Assembly: GCA_963699755.1 (NCBI GenBank)
Contig: CAVOVB010000001.1
Location: 1,056,001-1,120,000 of the forward strand
Source of the DNA: an uncultured delta proteobacterium
GTDB lineage: Bacteria; Myxococcota_A; Polyangia; Polyangiales; Houyiibacteriaceae
DNA: 64,000 nucleotides
Direction: 5' to 3'
The stretch's first letter is position 1, and every line of letters starts with the position of its first letter. Of this stretch, positions 9,849 to 19,681 are shown in pieces. The translations under genes were made by a program, and so were the position numbers. The notes below the pieces were generated by a model. It worked only from the letters and a program-made list of their open reading frames with translations, did no database searches and was not told the origin of the DNA.

Positions 9849-10931
9849 ATGCAGGTCATTCGGGAGGACGGAAGCCTCGATCCAGAGCTCGACCCGGGCT
9901 TGTCGGTCGATCAGCTCGTCGCGCTCTACAAGGCGATGGTTCGAACCCGTATCGTCGATGACCGGCTCGAGAAGGTTCAGCGGCAAGGGCGGATCGCGTT
10001 TCACGTGGGCTCCCTGGGCGAAGAGGCTGCCATCATCGGGGCCGCCGCCGCTCTTCGCGACCGGGATTGGATCGTTCCCTGCTATCGTGAAGTAGGCGCG
10101 CTGCTCTGGCGCGGCTACCCCTTACAGCGGTACGTCGACCACATGTACGGGAACGCGGGCGACCCAGCGCGCGGCCGACAAATGCCGGATCACAGCTTCA
10201 GTCGCGCGCATCGCTATCTCGCGGTGAGCGCCCCGATCGGGACGCAGATCCCGCACGCCGTTGGCGTCGCGATGGCGGCCAAGAAGCGGGGCCTCGATGA
10301 ATGTGTTGGGGTCTTTTTCGGCGACGGAGCCACGAGCTCGAACGATTTCCATGCCGCGATGAATTTCGCCGGAGTGTATCAGTCGCCCGTTCTCTTTCTT
10401 TGTCGCAACAACGGCTATGCGATCAGCTTGCCCGTCGCGCAGCAAACCGCGACCCGAACCCTGGCCGAAAAGGCCGCCGCGTATCGGGTGATGGCGTCTC
10501 GAGTCGATGGAAACGACGTGCTTGCGGTTCTCGCCGCAGCGCGCGAGGGGGTACAGCGCGCCGCAAATGGCGGAGGACCGACCTTCATCGAGCTCCTCAC
10601 GTATCGTGTCGGCGGCCATTCGACCTCCGACGACCCCCGGATCTACAGAAGCGAGGAAGAGGTCGACTCCTGGCGCAAAGCCGATCCCATCGTTCGGCTC
10701 CGCAAGCACATGGAGAAGCGCGGGAGTTGGAACCAAGAGCTCGATGGCGACTGGCGCACGGTTTGCGATCTGGAGGTCAAAGATTGCATCCGGCGCGCCG
10801 AGGAGAAGCCACCACCTCAGCTCGCCGAGATGTTTACCGACGTGTTCGCCGAACAGCCCTGGCACCTCCGCGAGCAGCAAGCGCAATCGGTAAATGGCCC
10901 CCGGGGCGAAGACCAGGAGGACGAGACGTGA
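9849..10931 (+). CDS. bkdA: 2-oxoacid dehydrogenase E1 alpha subunit (likely branched-chain type)
   Basis: QRQGRI, TPP motif GDGATS...NN, GRQMPDH and HSTSDDP. Branched-chain specificity is inferred from GRQMP. Confidence 0.88.
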   Translation: MQVIREDGSLDPELDPGLSVDQLVALYKAMVRTRIVDDRLEKVQRQGRIAFHVGSLGEEAAIIGAAAALRDRDWIVPCYREVGALLWRGYPLQRYVDHMYGNAGDPARGRQMPDHSFSRAHRYLAVSAPIGTQIPHAVGVAMAAKKRGLDECVGVFFGDGATSSNDFHAAMNFAGVYQSPVLFLCRNNGYAISLPVAQQTATRTLAEKAAAYRVMASRVDGNDVLAVLAAAREGVQRAANGGGPTFIELLTYRVGGHSTSDDPRIYRSEEEVDSWRKADPIVRLRKHMEKRGSWNQELDGDWRTVCDLEVKDCIRRAEEKPPPQLAEMFTDVFAEQPWHLREQQAQSVNGPRGEDQEDET

Positions 10932-11902
10932 CTCAGATGAACCTCGTTCAGGCCATCAACAGCGCGCTGCGGAACGCGCTCCAAGAGGACGAAAACGTCC
11001 TGCTCATGGGCGAGGACGTCGGAACGCTTGGTGGCGTCTTTCGTGTCACTCAAGGCCTACGTGAAGAGTTTGGCGCCGATCGGGTGCTCGACACGCCGCT
11101 TTCGGAAACCGGGATCCTCGGGACGGCGATCGGGATGGCGCTACACGGGCTACGGCCCGTTTCCGAAATCCAGTTCGCGGACTTCATCTACCCGGGTTTC
11201 GATCAGCTCGTCAGCGAGGCAGCGAAGTATCGCTATCGAACGGCAGGTGATTTCCATGTGCCGATGGTCGTGCGCACGCCGTATGGCGGCGGCATTCGTG
11301 GCGGTCAGTATCATTCCCAGTCGCCCGAGGCTTTGTTCATTCACACACCGGGACTGAAGGTCGTCTGCCCGTCGAATCCCTACGACGCCAAGGGGCTCTT
11401 GCTCCAAGCAATTCGCGACGAGGATCCGGTGATCTTCTTCGAACCGAAGCGTGTGTACCGCGCGGTGAAGATGGACGTTCCCGACTCCCAATATCTGGTC
11501 CCTCTCGGCGAAGCGAAGGTCGTCCGGCCTGGCGCGCAGCTCAGCTGCCTCGCTTGGGGAGCAATGCTCTACGAAGCCTTCGCTGCAGCCGAAGAGGTGG
11601 CCAGAGAGGGGGTCGATGTCGAGGTCATCGACCTCAGAACGCTCTGGCCACTCGACATTGGAACGATCTTATCGAGCGTGAGGAAGACTGGCCGGGTGGT
11701 GGTCGTCCATGAAGCGCCTCGGGCGTGCGGCTTTGGAAGTGAGCTCGTGGCGCTCATCACCGAGCGAGCATTCCTTCAGCTCGAGGCCCCACCGCTTCGC
11801 GTGACCGGTTGGGACACGCCCTTCCCTTTGACGCACGAGCGCGAGTATCTTCCCTTAGCGCACCGCATAGCGCCTGCTCTGCTCGAAACGGCGAGGTACT
11901 GA
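10928..11902 (+). CDS. bkdB: 2-oxoacid dehydrogenase E1 beta subunit
   Basis: GTG at 10928 overlaps the E1a stop (GTGA); GEDVG..GGVFRVT, EIQFADF, GGQYHSQSPEA. The track's 10301 start is a spurious extension. Confidence 0.9.
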   Translation: MTQMNLVQAINSALRNALQEDENVLLMGEDVGTLGGVFRVTQGLREEFGADRVLDTPLSETGILGTAIGMALHGLRPVSEIQFADFIYPGFDQLVSEAAKYRYRTAGDFHVPMVVRTPYGGGIRGGQYHSQSPEALFIHTPGLKVVCPSNPYDAKGLLLQAIRDEDPVIFFEPKRVYRAVKMDVPDSQYLVPLGEAKVVRPGAQLSCLAWGAMLYEAFAAAEEVAREGVDVEVIDLRTLWPLDIGTILSSVRKTGRVVVVHEAPRACGFGSELVALITERAFLQLEAPPLRVTGWDTPFPLTHEREYLPLAHRIAPALLETARY

Positions 11903-11905
11903 GCA

Positions 11906-13138
11906 ATGCGTAGGGTCGACTTCAAGCTTCCTGACATCGGAGAAGGGGTGACTGAAGGCGAGATCGTCCAATGGTTCGTCGCGGTAGGCGACCGGGTCGC
12001 CGAGGACGACCCGATGGTCGAGGTCATGACCGACAAAGCAACCGTCACGATCGGCGCACCCTGCGACGCATGGGTCGATCAGCTCTGCTTCGATGTGGGT
12101 GCAGTCGCACAGGTGGGACAGGTGATTCTCACTCTGGAAGCTGAAGCGGCATCGGACCTGGGTCTTGCGAAGCGATCTTCGAGGCCGGCGGCTAGCGCGG
12201 TGGGGGAGATTCGGGATGAGGTGCCTGGGGCGGAGCTTTTTCAGACCGGATCCGGCGCAGAGACCGGCGTTGTGGCTGGATACTTTCGAGCCAGGCCTTT
12301 GGCGACGCCAGCTACGCGGCGCCTCGCCAAAGAGCTTGGTGTCGACCTTCGGCGGGTTCGTCCTGGCGCTGCGGAGCCGCGAGTCACGGACGACGACGTG
12401 CGCCTCGCCGCGATTGGCGAGCGAGCGCAGACCTCGCTCGAAGAGCGGCAACCGATCACGGGGATGCGGCGAAAAATCGCCGAGCGTATGCACGAGTCCA
12501 AGACGACGGCCGCGCACTTCACCTTCGTCGAGGAATGTGATGCGTCCCGCCTAGTCGATCTGCGACAGCGACTCTTGCCAGAGGCAACGCGCCGCGGGGT
12601 CTCGCTCACCTTCTTGCCCTTCATCGTCAAGGCGGTTGCAGATGTCTTGCCTCGCCATCCAGTATTGAACGCCGCGGTCGACGAGCGTAGGAACGAGCTG
12701 GTTTACAAGAAGTACTACAACATCGGAGTGGCGACAGCGACCGAGGCGGGACTGATGGTTCCAGTGGTGCAGAACGCGGACCAGCTTCCACTCTTCAAGC
12801 TCGCAAGCCGGATCGGACATCTCGCGCGTTTGGCACGAGACGGAACCATTGCACCCGAAGATCTTCGGGGCTCCACATTCACCGTGACCTCGCTCGGGAA
12901 GCAATCGGGTCTTCTTGCAACGCCCATCCTGAATTACCCGGAGCTCGGCATCCTCGGCGTACATCGTATCAAGGAAACACCGGTCGTTCGCGACGGCGAG
13001 GTGGTTGTTGGCAAAGTCATGTTGCTTTCGCTGTCGCTCGACCACCGCATCGTCGATGGACACGTCGGCGCGGCGTTCGCCTACGACGTCATCGAGATGC
13101 TGGAGAATCCGGACCGCCTACTCCAAGGCGGCCCCTGA
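11906..13138 (+). CDS. bkdC: Dihydrolipoamide acyltransferase E2
   Basis: Lipoyl domain (LPDIGEGV, VMTDKAT), subunit-binding motif ATPATRRLAKELGVDL, catalytic DHRIVDG. Confidence 0.92.
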   Translation: MRRVDFKLPDIGEGVTEGEIVQWFVAVGDRVAEDDPMVEVMTDKATVTIGAPCDAWVDQLCFDVGAVAQVGQVILTLEAEAASDLGLAKRSSRPAASAVGEIRDEVPGAELFQTGSGAETGVVAGYFRARPLATPATRRLAKELGVDLRRVRPGAAEPRVTDDDVRLAAIGERAQTSLEERQPITGMRRKIAERMHESKTTAAHFTFVEECDASRLVDLRQRLLPEATRRGVSLTFLPFIVKAVADVLPRHPVLNAAVDERRNELVYKKYYNIGVATATEAGLMVPVVQNADQLPLFKLASRIGHLARLARDGTIAPEDLRGSTFTVTSLGKQSGLLATPILNYPELGILGVHRIKETPVVRDGEVVVGKVMLLSLSLDHRIVDGHVGAAFAYDVIEMLENPDRLLQGGP

Positions 13139-14187
13139 TGGCGGCCATTCGGCAGAAGCTACTCGGCTGGTACGACGAGGCCGCGCGTGCTCTTCCTTGG
13201 CGCCGAACCCGCGACCCTTACGCGATCTGGGTGTCCGAGGTCATGCTGCAGCAGACGCGCGTCGAGACGGTCATCCCATACTATGAGCGCTTCCTTGCGA
13301 GCTTTCCCACCCCGATCGCTTTGGCCGAGGCGAACGAAGACACGGTCCTCTCGCATTGGAGCGGCCTTGGTTACTATCGGCGCGCGCGCTTACTTCAGGC
13401 GGGTGTCCGTGAGGTGGTGGCTCAGTACGGCGGAAGGGTTCCTGAAGATGCTGAAGCGCGGCGCGCCCTCCCCGGGGTTGGCCGCTATACGGCAGGTGCG
13501 ATCGGCAGCATTGCCTTCGGCAAGGAAGAGCCCATCGTCGATGGGAACGTGGCCCGTGTCCTCGCGCGGATGTTCCGAATCGACACCCCGCTCGGCTCGC
13601 CCGTCACGAACAAACGACTCTGGGAAGAAGCTGGGCGTCTGGTTCCGGGTGCTCGACCTGGCGACCTGAATCAGGCCCTGATGGAGCTTGGCGCCATGAT
13701 ATGCACGCCCAAGGAACCGAGCTGTGAGTCCTGCCCCGTCGCCGCAGACTGCGAAGCACACGCATGCGGCGAGGTTGGTTCTCTCCCGGTTCCGCGTCCG
13801 CGAAGAACGCCCAGCGAGATGAAGCTGTCCGCGGTGGTGGCAACGCGCGGTCGTGAGACCGAGCAACGCGTCTGGCTCCTTCAGAGCCAACAGAAGTTGT
13901 TCGCTGGGCTCTGGGGATTGCCGATGGTTGCTCGAGAAGATTCCGGTGCGCACGATCCTCGAAGCGCACTTCGGGACGCTGGCATTTCAGCGAGGCTCGA
14001 CCCGGATCCAATTGGGGAGATCGAGCACGTACTGACGCACCGGCGAATGCGGATCGAGTTGTTCAGAGCCAGGGGGGCGAAGGCTGCGGAGTCGAAGAGC
14101 CGACGGCTATTCAGCGTGGATGAGCTCGAGAAGGTTGGTGTCTCCAGGCTGACGAAGAAACTTCTGGCCGCAGGCCTCGAGCGTTAG
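13138..14187 (+). CDS. mutY: A/G-specific adenine DNA glycosylase
   Basis: WVSEVMLQQT, WSGLGYYRRAR, HhH motif LPGVGRYTA, VDGNV, and FeS motif CTPKEPSCESCPVAADC. Confidence 0.96.
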   Translation: MAAIRQKLLGWYDEAARALPWRRTRDPYAIWVSEVMLQQTRVETVIPYYERFLASFPTPIALAEANEDTVLSHWSGLGYYRRARLLQAGVREVVAQYGGRVPEDAEARRALPGVGRYTAGAIGSIAFGKEEPIVDGNVARVLARMFRIDTPLGSPVTNKRLWEEAGRLVPGARPGDLNQALMELGAMICTPKEPSCESCPVAADCEAHACGEVGSLPVPRPRRTPSEMKLSAVVATRGRETEQRVWLLQSQQKLFAGLWGLPMVAREDSGAHDPRSALRDAGISARLDPDPIGEIEHVLTHRRMRIELFRARGAKAAESKSRRLFSVDELEKVGVSRLTKKLLAAGLER

Positions 14188-14188
14188 C

Positions 14189-14332
14189 GGGGCTAGGGAG
14201 GGCTACAGCGCACCCTAAACCGCAAAGCGCGGCCCGGTCTGCGTTGCGCATTCGGTGTGAGGGCCGGCGCCGATGCCGGCGGCAGCGCCAATGAGGGCGC
14301 CGCTGTCCCTCCCCCCGCAGCGGACTAGCCCC
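14189..14332. repeat. Intergenic long imperfect inverted repeat (REP/MITE-like or structured RNA)
   Basis: GGGGCTAG (14189) pairs with CTAGCCCC (14325). GGAGGGCTACAGCGCACCCT (14197) pairs imperfectly with AGGGCGCCGCTGTCCCTCC (14294). Inner GGCCC/GGGCC. Confidence 0.5.
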
Positions 14333-14361
14333 CCGACCCCCTCAGCCGATACACTATCGGC

Positions 14362-15252
14362 GTGGGTGTTCTCGCGTATCGGGGCCTGTCTAAGCGTTTC
14401 GGGCAGCACACTGCGCTCGATCGCGTATCGCTCGAGATCATGCAGGGCGAGGTCTTTGGCCTTCTAGGTCCAAACGGTGCGGGCAAGACGACCTTGATCC
14501 GAATTGGGCTCGACATTCTTCGCCCGAACGAAGGAGAGGTGTCGCTCTTTGGCTTCGCTCCGACTCCCCAGGCGCTCGATCGCACAGCCTATCTTCCGGA
14601 GGAGCGCGGAGTGTACCGTCGTGCCAAGGTGGGTGAGCTTCTAGCCTATCTCGGCGGATTGAAGGGGATGAAGCGCCTGGCGGCTCGTGCTTCGGCAGAC
14701 CATTGGCTCGAGCGTGTGGGTCTGAGCCATGTCGCCGACCAGCGGGTCGAGAGCCTTTCCAAAGGCATGACGCAGAAGGTTCAGATCGCAGCTTGCCTGA
14801 TGAGCGACCCCGAGCTTTGTGTTCTAGACGAGCCATTTTCCGGTCTGGATCCGGTCAACGTCGCGTTGGTCACCGAGCTGATCGAAGAGCGTCGGCGAAC
14901 CGGCCAAACAACCGTCTTGTCGACCCATATGATGCATCAAGTCGAAGCGCTCTGTGATCGCGTTGCGCTCATCCATCGCGGAAACCTCGTGGTGTACGGA
15001 CAGCTCGATGAGATTCGTCGACGCCATTCGCCGCACGGAGTGATCGTCTGGACGGCGATGGATCTGACCGCCCTTGGGGTAGAAGCCACAAGACAAAGAG
15101 CCGGTGGCTGGCGCGTCGAGTTGCCGCCGAGCGCAACGCCGGCCGGATACCTGAACGAGCTCGTCCGAAACGGCGTCTCGGTCGACCGTTACGAGCCGCT
15201 GGTGGCGCGCATGGACGAAATCTTCGTCCACTTGGTCAGCGAGGTGCACTGA
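14362..15252 (+). CDS. ABC-2 type exporter ATP-binding subunit (NatA/YhaQ-like)
   Basis: GPNGAGKTT, YLPEERG, LSKGMTQK, LDEPFSGLDPVN, STH. Confidence 0.92.
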   Translation: MGVLAYRGLSKRFGQHTALDRVSLEIMQGEVFGLLGPNGAGKTTLIRIGLDILRPNEGEVSLFGFAPTPQALDRTAYLPEERGVYRRAKVGELLAYLGGLKGMKRLAARASADHWLERVGLSHVADQRVESLSKGMTQKVQIAACLMSDPELCVLDEPFSGLDPVNVALVTELIEERRRTGQTTVLSTHMMHQVEALCDRVALIHRGNLVVYGQLDEIRRRHSPHGVIVWTAMDLTALGVEATRQRAGGWRVELPPSATPAGYLNELVRNGVSVDRYEPLVARMDEIFVHLVSEVH

Positions 15253-15255
15253 GTC

Positions 15256-16530
15256 ATGCGCCTCCAACGCATTGCGGTCGTCGCGCGCTTCGAGCTCTTA
15301 TCGGTCGTCAAACGCTGGTCCTATTTGATCGCGACATTCGGCCTGCCTCTCTTCCTGGCTGCCGTTTCGGGCACGGTCCTCGGCCTCCAAACGTATTTCT
15401 TCTCGCAGCGCGCTGCAGAGAGCTCGCGCTTCGGCCTCGTCGACGATGCAAACGTCATCGATCGTTCACTGTTCGAGGAACGGGATGGCGAGCTCCGGTG
15501 CAAAGCGAGTGAGGGAGCCGACGATGTGGTGCTCTACGACCAACGCGACGCGGCGAGCAAGGATCTCGAAGCGGGCCGCCTTCGGGCTCTGTACGTCGTC
15601 CAAAAAGACTACCTCGCGAGCGGAAAGGTGCGTGCGGTCGAGTCGAACAAGACTCCGCTTCTGAGTATGCGCGGAACCTCGATCGAACCGCTTCTCCAGA
15701 AGCTCTTGAGAAAGTCACTCCTCGAAGGGCGGCTCGACGGACAGTTACGAGAACGAGTGCTTTCCCCGGCGTTCTTCGTGCGCAGCCGCCTGGGGCCTGA
15801 AGGCCATGAGCTGGTCGACCTCGACCAGGCCCTCGACCTCCTCGTGCGCACGACCATCCCGCTCTTCTTAGGAATCCTGCTTCTTACCGCCCTGCTGAGC
15901 GCTTCGGGATACCTCGTACAAACCGTGTCGACCGACAAGGAGAGCAAGATCGTCGAGGTTCTACTCTCCTCGGTGACGCCTGAAGAAATCCTCGCCGGCA
16001 AGCTCTTCGGCCTTGGCGCCGCGGGGCTCGTTCAGTTTGCCGTCTGGTCCTCGATGGTCGTATTCGTGGCGATCTCTGCTTCGGCGGCGCTTGCAGCGGT
16101 CGTGTCGATCCCCTGGGTAGCCCTGGCCGTGGCGCCAGTCTTCTTCGTCCTCGGCTACCTCTTTCTCGGTAGCTTGATGCTTGCGACCGCCGCGCTTGGC
16201 GCCAACGCTGCCGAAAGTCAGAAGCTCACCATGGGCTGGGCCATCCTTGCAATCCTTCCCTTGATGGTGCCGGTGATCCTTCTCGAAGAGCCCAACGGCA
16301 TCCTTGGTCAAGTGATGACATGGATCCCCTTCACTTCCCCGCTCACGGTCATCGTCCGGCTCGCAGTCGACTCCTCGGGCATTGCCTGGTGGGAGGTCCT
16401 AGGCTCGATGCTGGTATTGGTGGTTTCGACTTGGCTGTCGATTCGAGTCGGTGCGCGGCTATTTCGGGTTGGATTCCTCCTGACGGGAACGATGCCTTCG
16501 CTCGGGGAGCTCTGGCGGCAGGCGCGCTGA
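15256..16530 (+). CDS. ABC-2 type exporter permease (NatB/YhaP-like)
   Basis: One N-terminal TM, an extracytoplasmic domain, DKESKIVEVLLSSVTPEEILAGK and further TMs; directly after the ATPase gene. Confidence 0.9.
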   Translation: MRLQRIAVVARFELLSVVKRWSYLIATFGLPLFLAAVSGTVLGLQTYFFSQRAAESSRFGLVDDANVIDRSLFEERDGELRCKASEGADDVVLYDQRDAASKDLEAGRLRALYVVQKDYLASGKVRAVESNKTPLLSMRGTSIEPLLQKLLRKSLLEGRLDGQLRERVLSPAFFVRSRLGPEGHELVDLDQALDLLVRTTIPLFLGILLLTALLSASGYLVQTVSTDKESKIVEVLLSSVTPEEILAGKLFGLGAAGLVQFAVWSSMVVFVAISASAALAAVVSIPWVALAVAPVFFVLGYLFLGSLMLATAALGANAAESQKLTMGWAILAILPLMVPVILLEEPNGILGQVMTWIPFTSPLTVIVRLAVDSSGIAWWEVLGSMLVLVVSTWLSIRVGARLFRVGFLLTGTMPSLGELWRQAR

Positions 16531-16547
16531 ATCTCTGAGAATCTACA

Positions 16548-17216
16548 CTAGGCAACCGGGCCCGGCATGGGCAGCTCGAGCTCTTCGATCAGCGTCGCTG
16601 TGTTTAGCTCAGCCGCCGAGTAGGCCGAAACCCGCATCGCAACGAAGTCCAGCACCGTAAACGACTGCTCGTCCTTGCGGTGAATGGTGCCGGCGTTGAT
16701 GACGGTGAGGCCCGGGAAGACACGGACCATTCGTTCGTGTGTATGTCCGCCGATCATGAACTGAATCTCGTCATCGAACATCAGCTCCCGCAGGGTTGGG
16801 ATGTCTTGAAGGGCGTAACCCCGCGTCTCGGGGAGAAGCCAGGCTTCGTCGTCCTCGCCGACGCCGTGACAGAGGAGCGCGTTGCCTTTGGGCGTAGCAT
16901 ACCTTCGCACAGCTGGGAGCGACTCGATGAACGAGCGCGACGCCGCGCTGATTTCAATCGTGGCGTTCTCGAGCGATCGTTGCTCACCAGCGAGAAACCA
17001 ACGTTCGTGGTTGCCGGCTACGCATTGCACATGTCGCGCTTCGAGCAGACGTACCGTGGCGTCCGCATCGCCGGGCCCGTCGACCAAATCGCCGACGCAA
17101 AGAACCGCTTCGACGTTCATCCTGTCCAGGGCATCGAGCACTCGCCCGAGCGTCTCGTCCTCGCAATGAACGTCGCCGATCACCCCCAATCGGCCGAGCA
17201 TGCCACTCTCGCTCAC
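16548..17216 (-). CDS. Calcineurin-like metallophosphoesterase
   Basis: GDVH, GDLVD, GNHE, CHG, GHTH motifs. Confidence 0.9.
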   Translation of the reverse strand: MSESGMLGRLGVIGDVHCEDETLGRVLDALDRMNVEAVLCVGDLVDGPGDADATVRLLEARHVQCVAGNHERWFLAGEQRSLENATIEISAASRSFIESLPAVRRYATPKGNALLCHGVGEDDEAWLLPETRGYALQDIPTLRELMFDDEIQFMIGGHTHERMVRVFPGLTVINAGTIHRKDEQSFTVLDFVAMRVSAYSAAELNTATLIEELELPMPGPVA

Positions 17217-17299
17217 GCCAGCAACTTAGGAGGTTTTCCACCTAGCGCCAAGAACTACGCGACTGGTGCTCTCGAGCCTCCTGTTGTAGACCCGCTCCC

Positions 17300-18622
17300 A
17301 TGCTCGACCTGCGCTTCGTGAGCGAAAACTTGCCGGATGTGAAGGCTGCCCTGACGCGCCGCGGCTTCGCGGATGCTGCCCTCCTCGATCGACTTGGATC
17401 CCTGGCCGAAGAACGACGATCCGTCATCGCCGCAGTCGAGGCGCTGCGACAGGAGCGGAACGAGGCCAGCCAGGCGATGGCGAAGGTGGCCGACAAGAGC
17501 TCCGAGGAGTTTCAGGCCAAGCGCGATCAGCTTCGGCGCCTCGGCGACGAGATCAAGCAAAGGGAGTCGCGGCAAGCCGAGGTGGAGACCGAGCTCGAAG
17601 CGATCTTGCTGAACTTGCCGAATCTTCCCCACGCCGACACTCCGGACGGCCTGAGCGAAGACGACAACGTCGAGATCCGCGTCTGGGGGGAGAAGCCTGT
17701 CTTCGCCTTCGACGTCGTCGATCACGTCGAGGTCGGTACCAAGCTCGACATCCTCGACTTCGAGCGCGCCGCCAAGATCAGCGGCTCGCGATTCGTCGTG
17801 CTCAAGGGTCTTGGGTCACGCCTCAATCGCGCGCTGATGCAGTTCATGCTCGACGTACACAGCAGTGAGCATGGCTACGAAGAAGTCTGGCCGCCGGTGC
17901 TCGTCAAAGACAGCGCCATGCGCGGCACCGGCCAGCTGCCAAAGTTCGCCAAGGATGCGTTTCGGATGGCAAAAGACGAGGACTGGGAAGCGCAGGCCGA
18001 TGCACAGGGGCACGAGCTCTATCTCGTGCCGACGGCCGAAGTGCCTCTTACCAACCTTCACGCGAACGAGATCCTCACTGGGGCTGACTTGCCGGTTGCG
18101 TATACCGGATACACTGCCTGCTTCCGAAGCGAGGCGGGGAGCTATGGTAAAGACACACGTGGCATGATCCGTGTTCATCAGTTCGACAAGGTAGAGCTGG
18201 TTCGTTTCTGCCATCCCGACCAGGGCGTGGCAGAGCTCGAAGCTCTTACCCATCATGCCGAGTCGATCCTGCAGAAGCTCGGCTTGCATCATCGTGTCGT
18301 GCAGCTCTGTGCGGGCGACATGGGGTTTGCCGCGCAGAAGTCTTACGATCTGGAGGTCTGGCTGCCCGCGCAGAACGCCTATCGGGAGATCTCGAGCTGC
18401 TCTTGGTTTGGCGACTTCCAAGCGCGACGCATGAACGCCCGTTTTAGGTCCGACGAGAAGGCCAAGCCGCGCTTCCTTCATACCCTCAATGGTTCTGGCC
18501 TTGCGATCGGCCGGACGCTGGTCGCGATTCTGGAGCAGAATCAACAGGCCGATGCAAGCGTGCTCATCCCCGACGCGTTGCGTCCCTACATGGGCGGACT
18601 GGAAAGAATCCCAGCGCCCTAA
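17300..18622 (+). CDS. serS: Serine--tRNA ligase
   Basis: MLDLRFV, N-terminal coiled coil, PTAEVP, FRSEAG, HQFDKVE, REISSCS, TLNGSGLA. Confidence 0.98.
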   Translation: MLDLRFVSENLPDVKAALTRRGFADAALLDRLGSLAEERRSVIAAVEALRQERNEASQAMAKVADKSSEEFQAKRDQLRRLGDEIKQRESRQAEVETELEAILLNLPNLPHADTPDGLSEDDNVEIRVWGEKPVFAFDVVDHVEVGTKLDILDFERAAKISGSRFVVLKGLGSRLNRALMQFMLDVHSSEHGYEEVWPPVLVKDSAMRGTGQLPKFAKDAFRMAKDEDWEAQADAQGHELYLVPTAEVPLTNLHANEILTGADLPVAYTGYTACFRSEAGSYGKDTRGMIRVHQFDKVELVRFCHPDQGVAELEALTHHAESILQKLGLHHRVVQLCAGDMGFAAQKSYDLEVWLPAQNAYREISSCSWFGDFQARRMNARFRSDEKAKPRFLHTLNGSGLAIGRTLVAILEQNQQADASVLIPDALRPYMGGLERIPAP

Positions 18623-18633
18623 ATGACCGGCGA

Positions 18634-19680
18634 ATGACAAGGCTCGGGATCCAACGCGACGTTCCGCTTGCCCCGCTCACCAGCTTGGAGCTCGGCGGGC
18701 CCGCGAAGTATCTCGTGCGCGCGAGCGACGAAGCCACCCTCGTCGATGCGCTTCGCTGGGCCGCCGACGAAGCGATTCCGGCAGCCATCCTGGCCGGCGG
18801 CTCGAATCTCATCGTGCCCGACGAGGGCTATGCAGGTCTGGTCGTTCACATGGCGATCGGCGAGCTCACGTTCTCAGAGGGCGGCGTCGTGACAGCAGGC
18901 GCAGGAGTGCCCTGGGATCAGGTCGTGGACGGTGCGGTCGCCCGAAATTGGGCCGGGGTCGAATGCCTTGCGGGAATTCCGGGGTCTAGCGGTGCAACGC
19001 CCATCCAGAACGTCGGGGCGTACGGCGCGGAGGTCGCCGGGGTGATTGACCGGGTCCGCGTTCTTCGCCGCGACACGCTCGCGTTCGAGGAGCTCGCCCC
19101 AGAGGCCTGTGGCTTTGGGTATCGCGACAGCCTGTTCAAGCGCGACCCCGAGCGCTTCGTCATCTCCTCGGTCCGCTTCGCCTTGCGTCCTGGGGGCCCC
19201 GGGACGATTCGCTACGCCGAGCTCGAGAAGCGTGTTGGGCGCGACGCAACGCTTGCCGAGATCCGGCAGCGCGTGCTCGAGCTTCGCCGACACAAGTCGA
19301 TGCTGATCGATCCCGCCGATCCCAATCGCCGAAGCGCGGGCTCCTTCTTCCTGAATCCGGTCGTTTCCGCCGCGGAGGCGGACCGCCTCGTCGAGCAGGC
19401 GCTCCGCGAGAGACTCGTGAGAGCTCCCGAGGAAGTCCCGAGCTACCCGACCCAGGATACCCGGGTGAAGCTCGCTGCGGGTTGGCTCATCGAAAGGGCC
19501 GGGATTGCAAAGGGCAGCCGACGTGGCGCCATCGGCGTATCGAGCAATCACGCACTTTCTCTAGTGCACCATGGTGGCGGCACGACCACCGAGTTGCTCG
19601 CCTTCGCCGACGAGATCCGAGCACGCGTTCGCGACCGTTTCGGCATCGCCCTCGAACGCGAGCCGCGACTGCTGGTCTAG
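18634..19680 (+). CDS. murB: UDP-N-acetylenolpyruvoylglucosamine reductase
   Basis: GGSNL, GIPG..GATPIQNVGAYG, FGYRDSLFK, SAGSFFLNP, KLAAGWLIE, HAL, LEREP. Confidence 0.96.
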   Translation: MTRLGIQRDVPLAPLTSLELGGPAKYLVRASDEATLVDALRWAADEAIPAAILAGGSNLIVPDEGYAGLVVHMAIGELTFSEGGVVTAGAGVPWDQVVDGAVARNWAGVECLAGIPGSSGATPIQNVGAYGAEVAGVIDRVRVLRRDTLAFEELAPEACGFGYRDSLFKRDPERFVISSVRFALRPGGPGTIRYAELEKRVGRDATLAEIRQRVLELRRHKSMLIDPADPNRRSAGSFFLNPVVSAAEADRLVEQALRERLVRAPEEVPSYPTQDTRVKLAAGWLIERAGIAKGSRRGAIGVSSNHALSLVHHGGGTTTELLAFADEIRARVRDRFGIALEREPRLLV

Positions 19681-19681
19681 G

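Noticed and set aside
10301..10927. N-terminal extension of E1 beta (also extensions of mbnH, mbnP, the permease, dapF and ruvC)
   Set aside because: These overlap neighbouring genes or precede the homologous start; downstream starts with coupling or signal peptides fit better.
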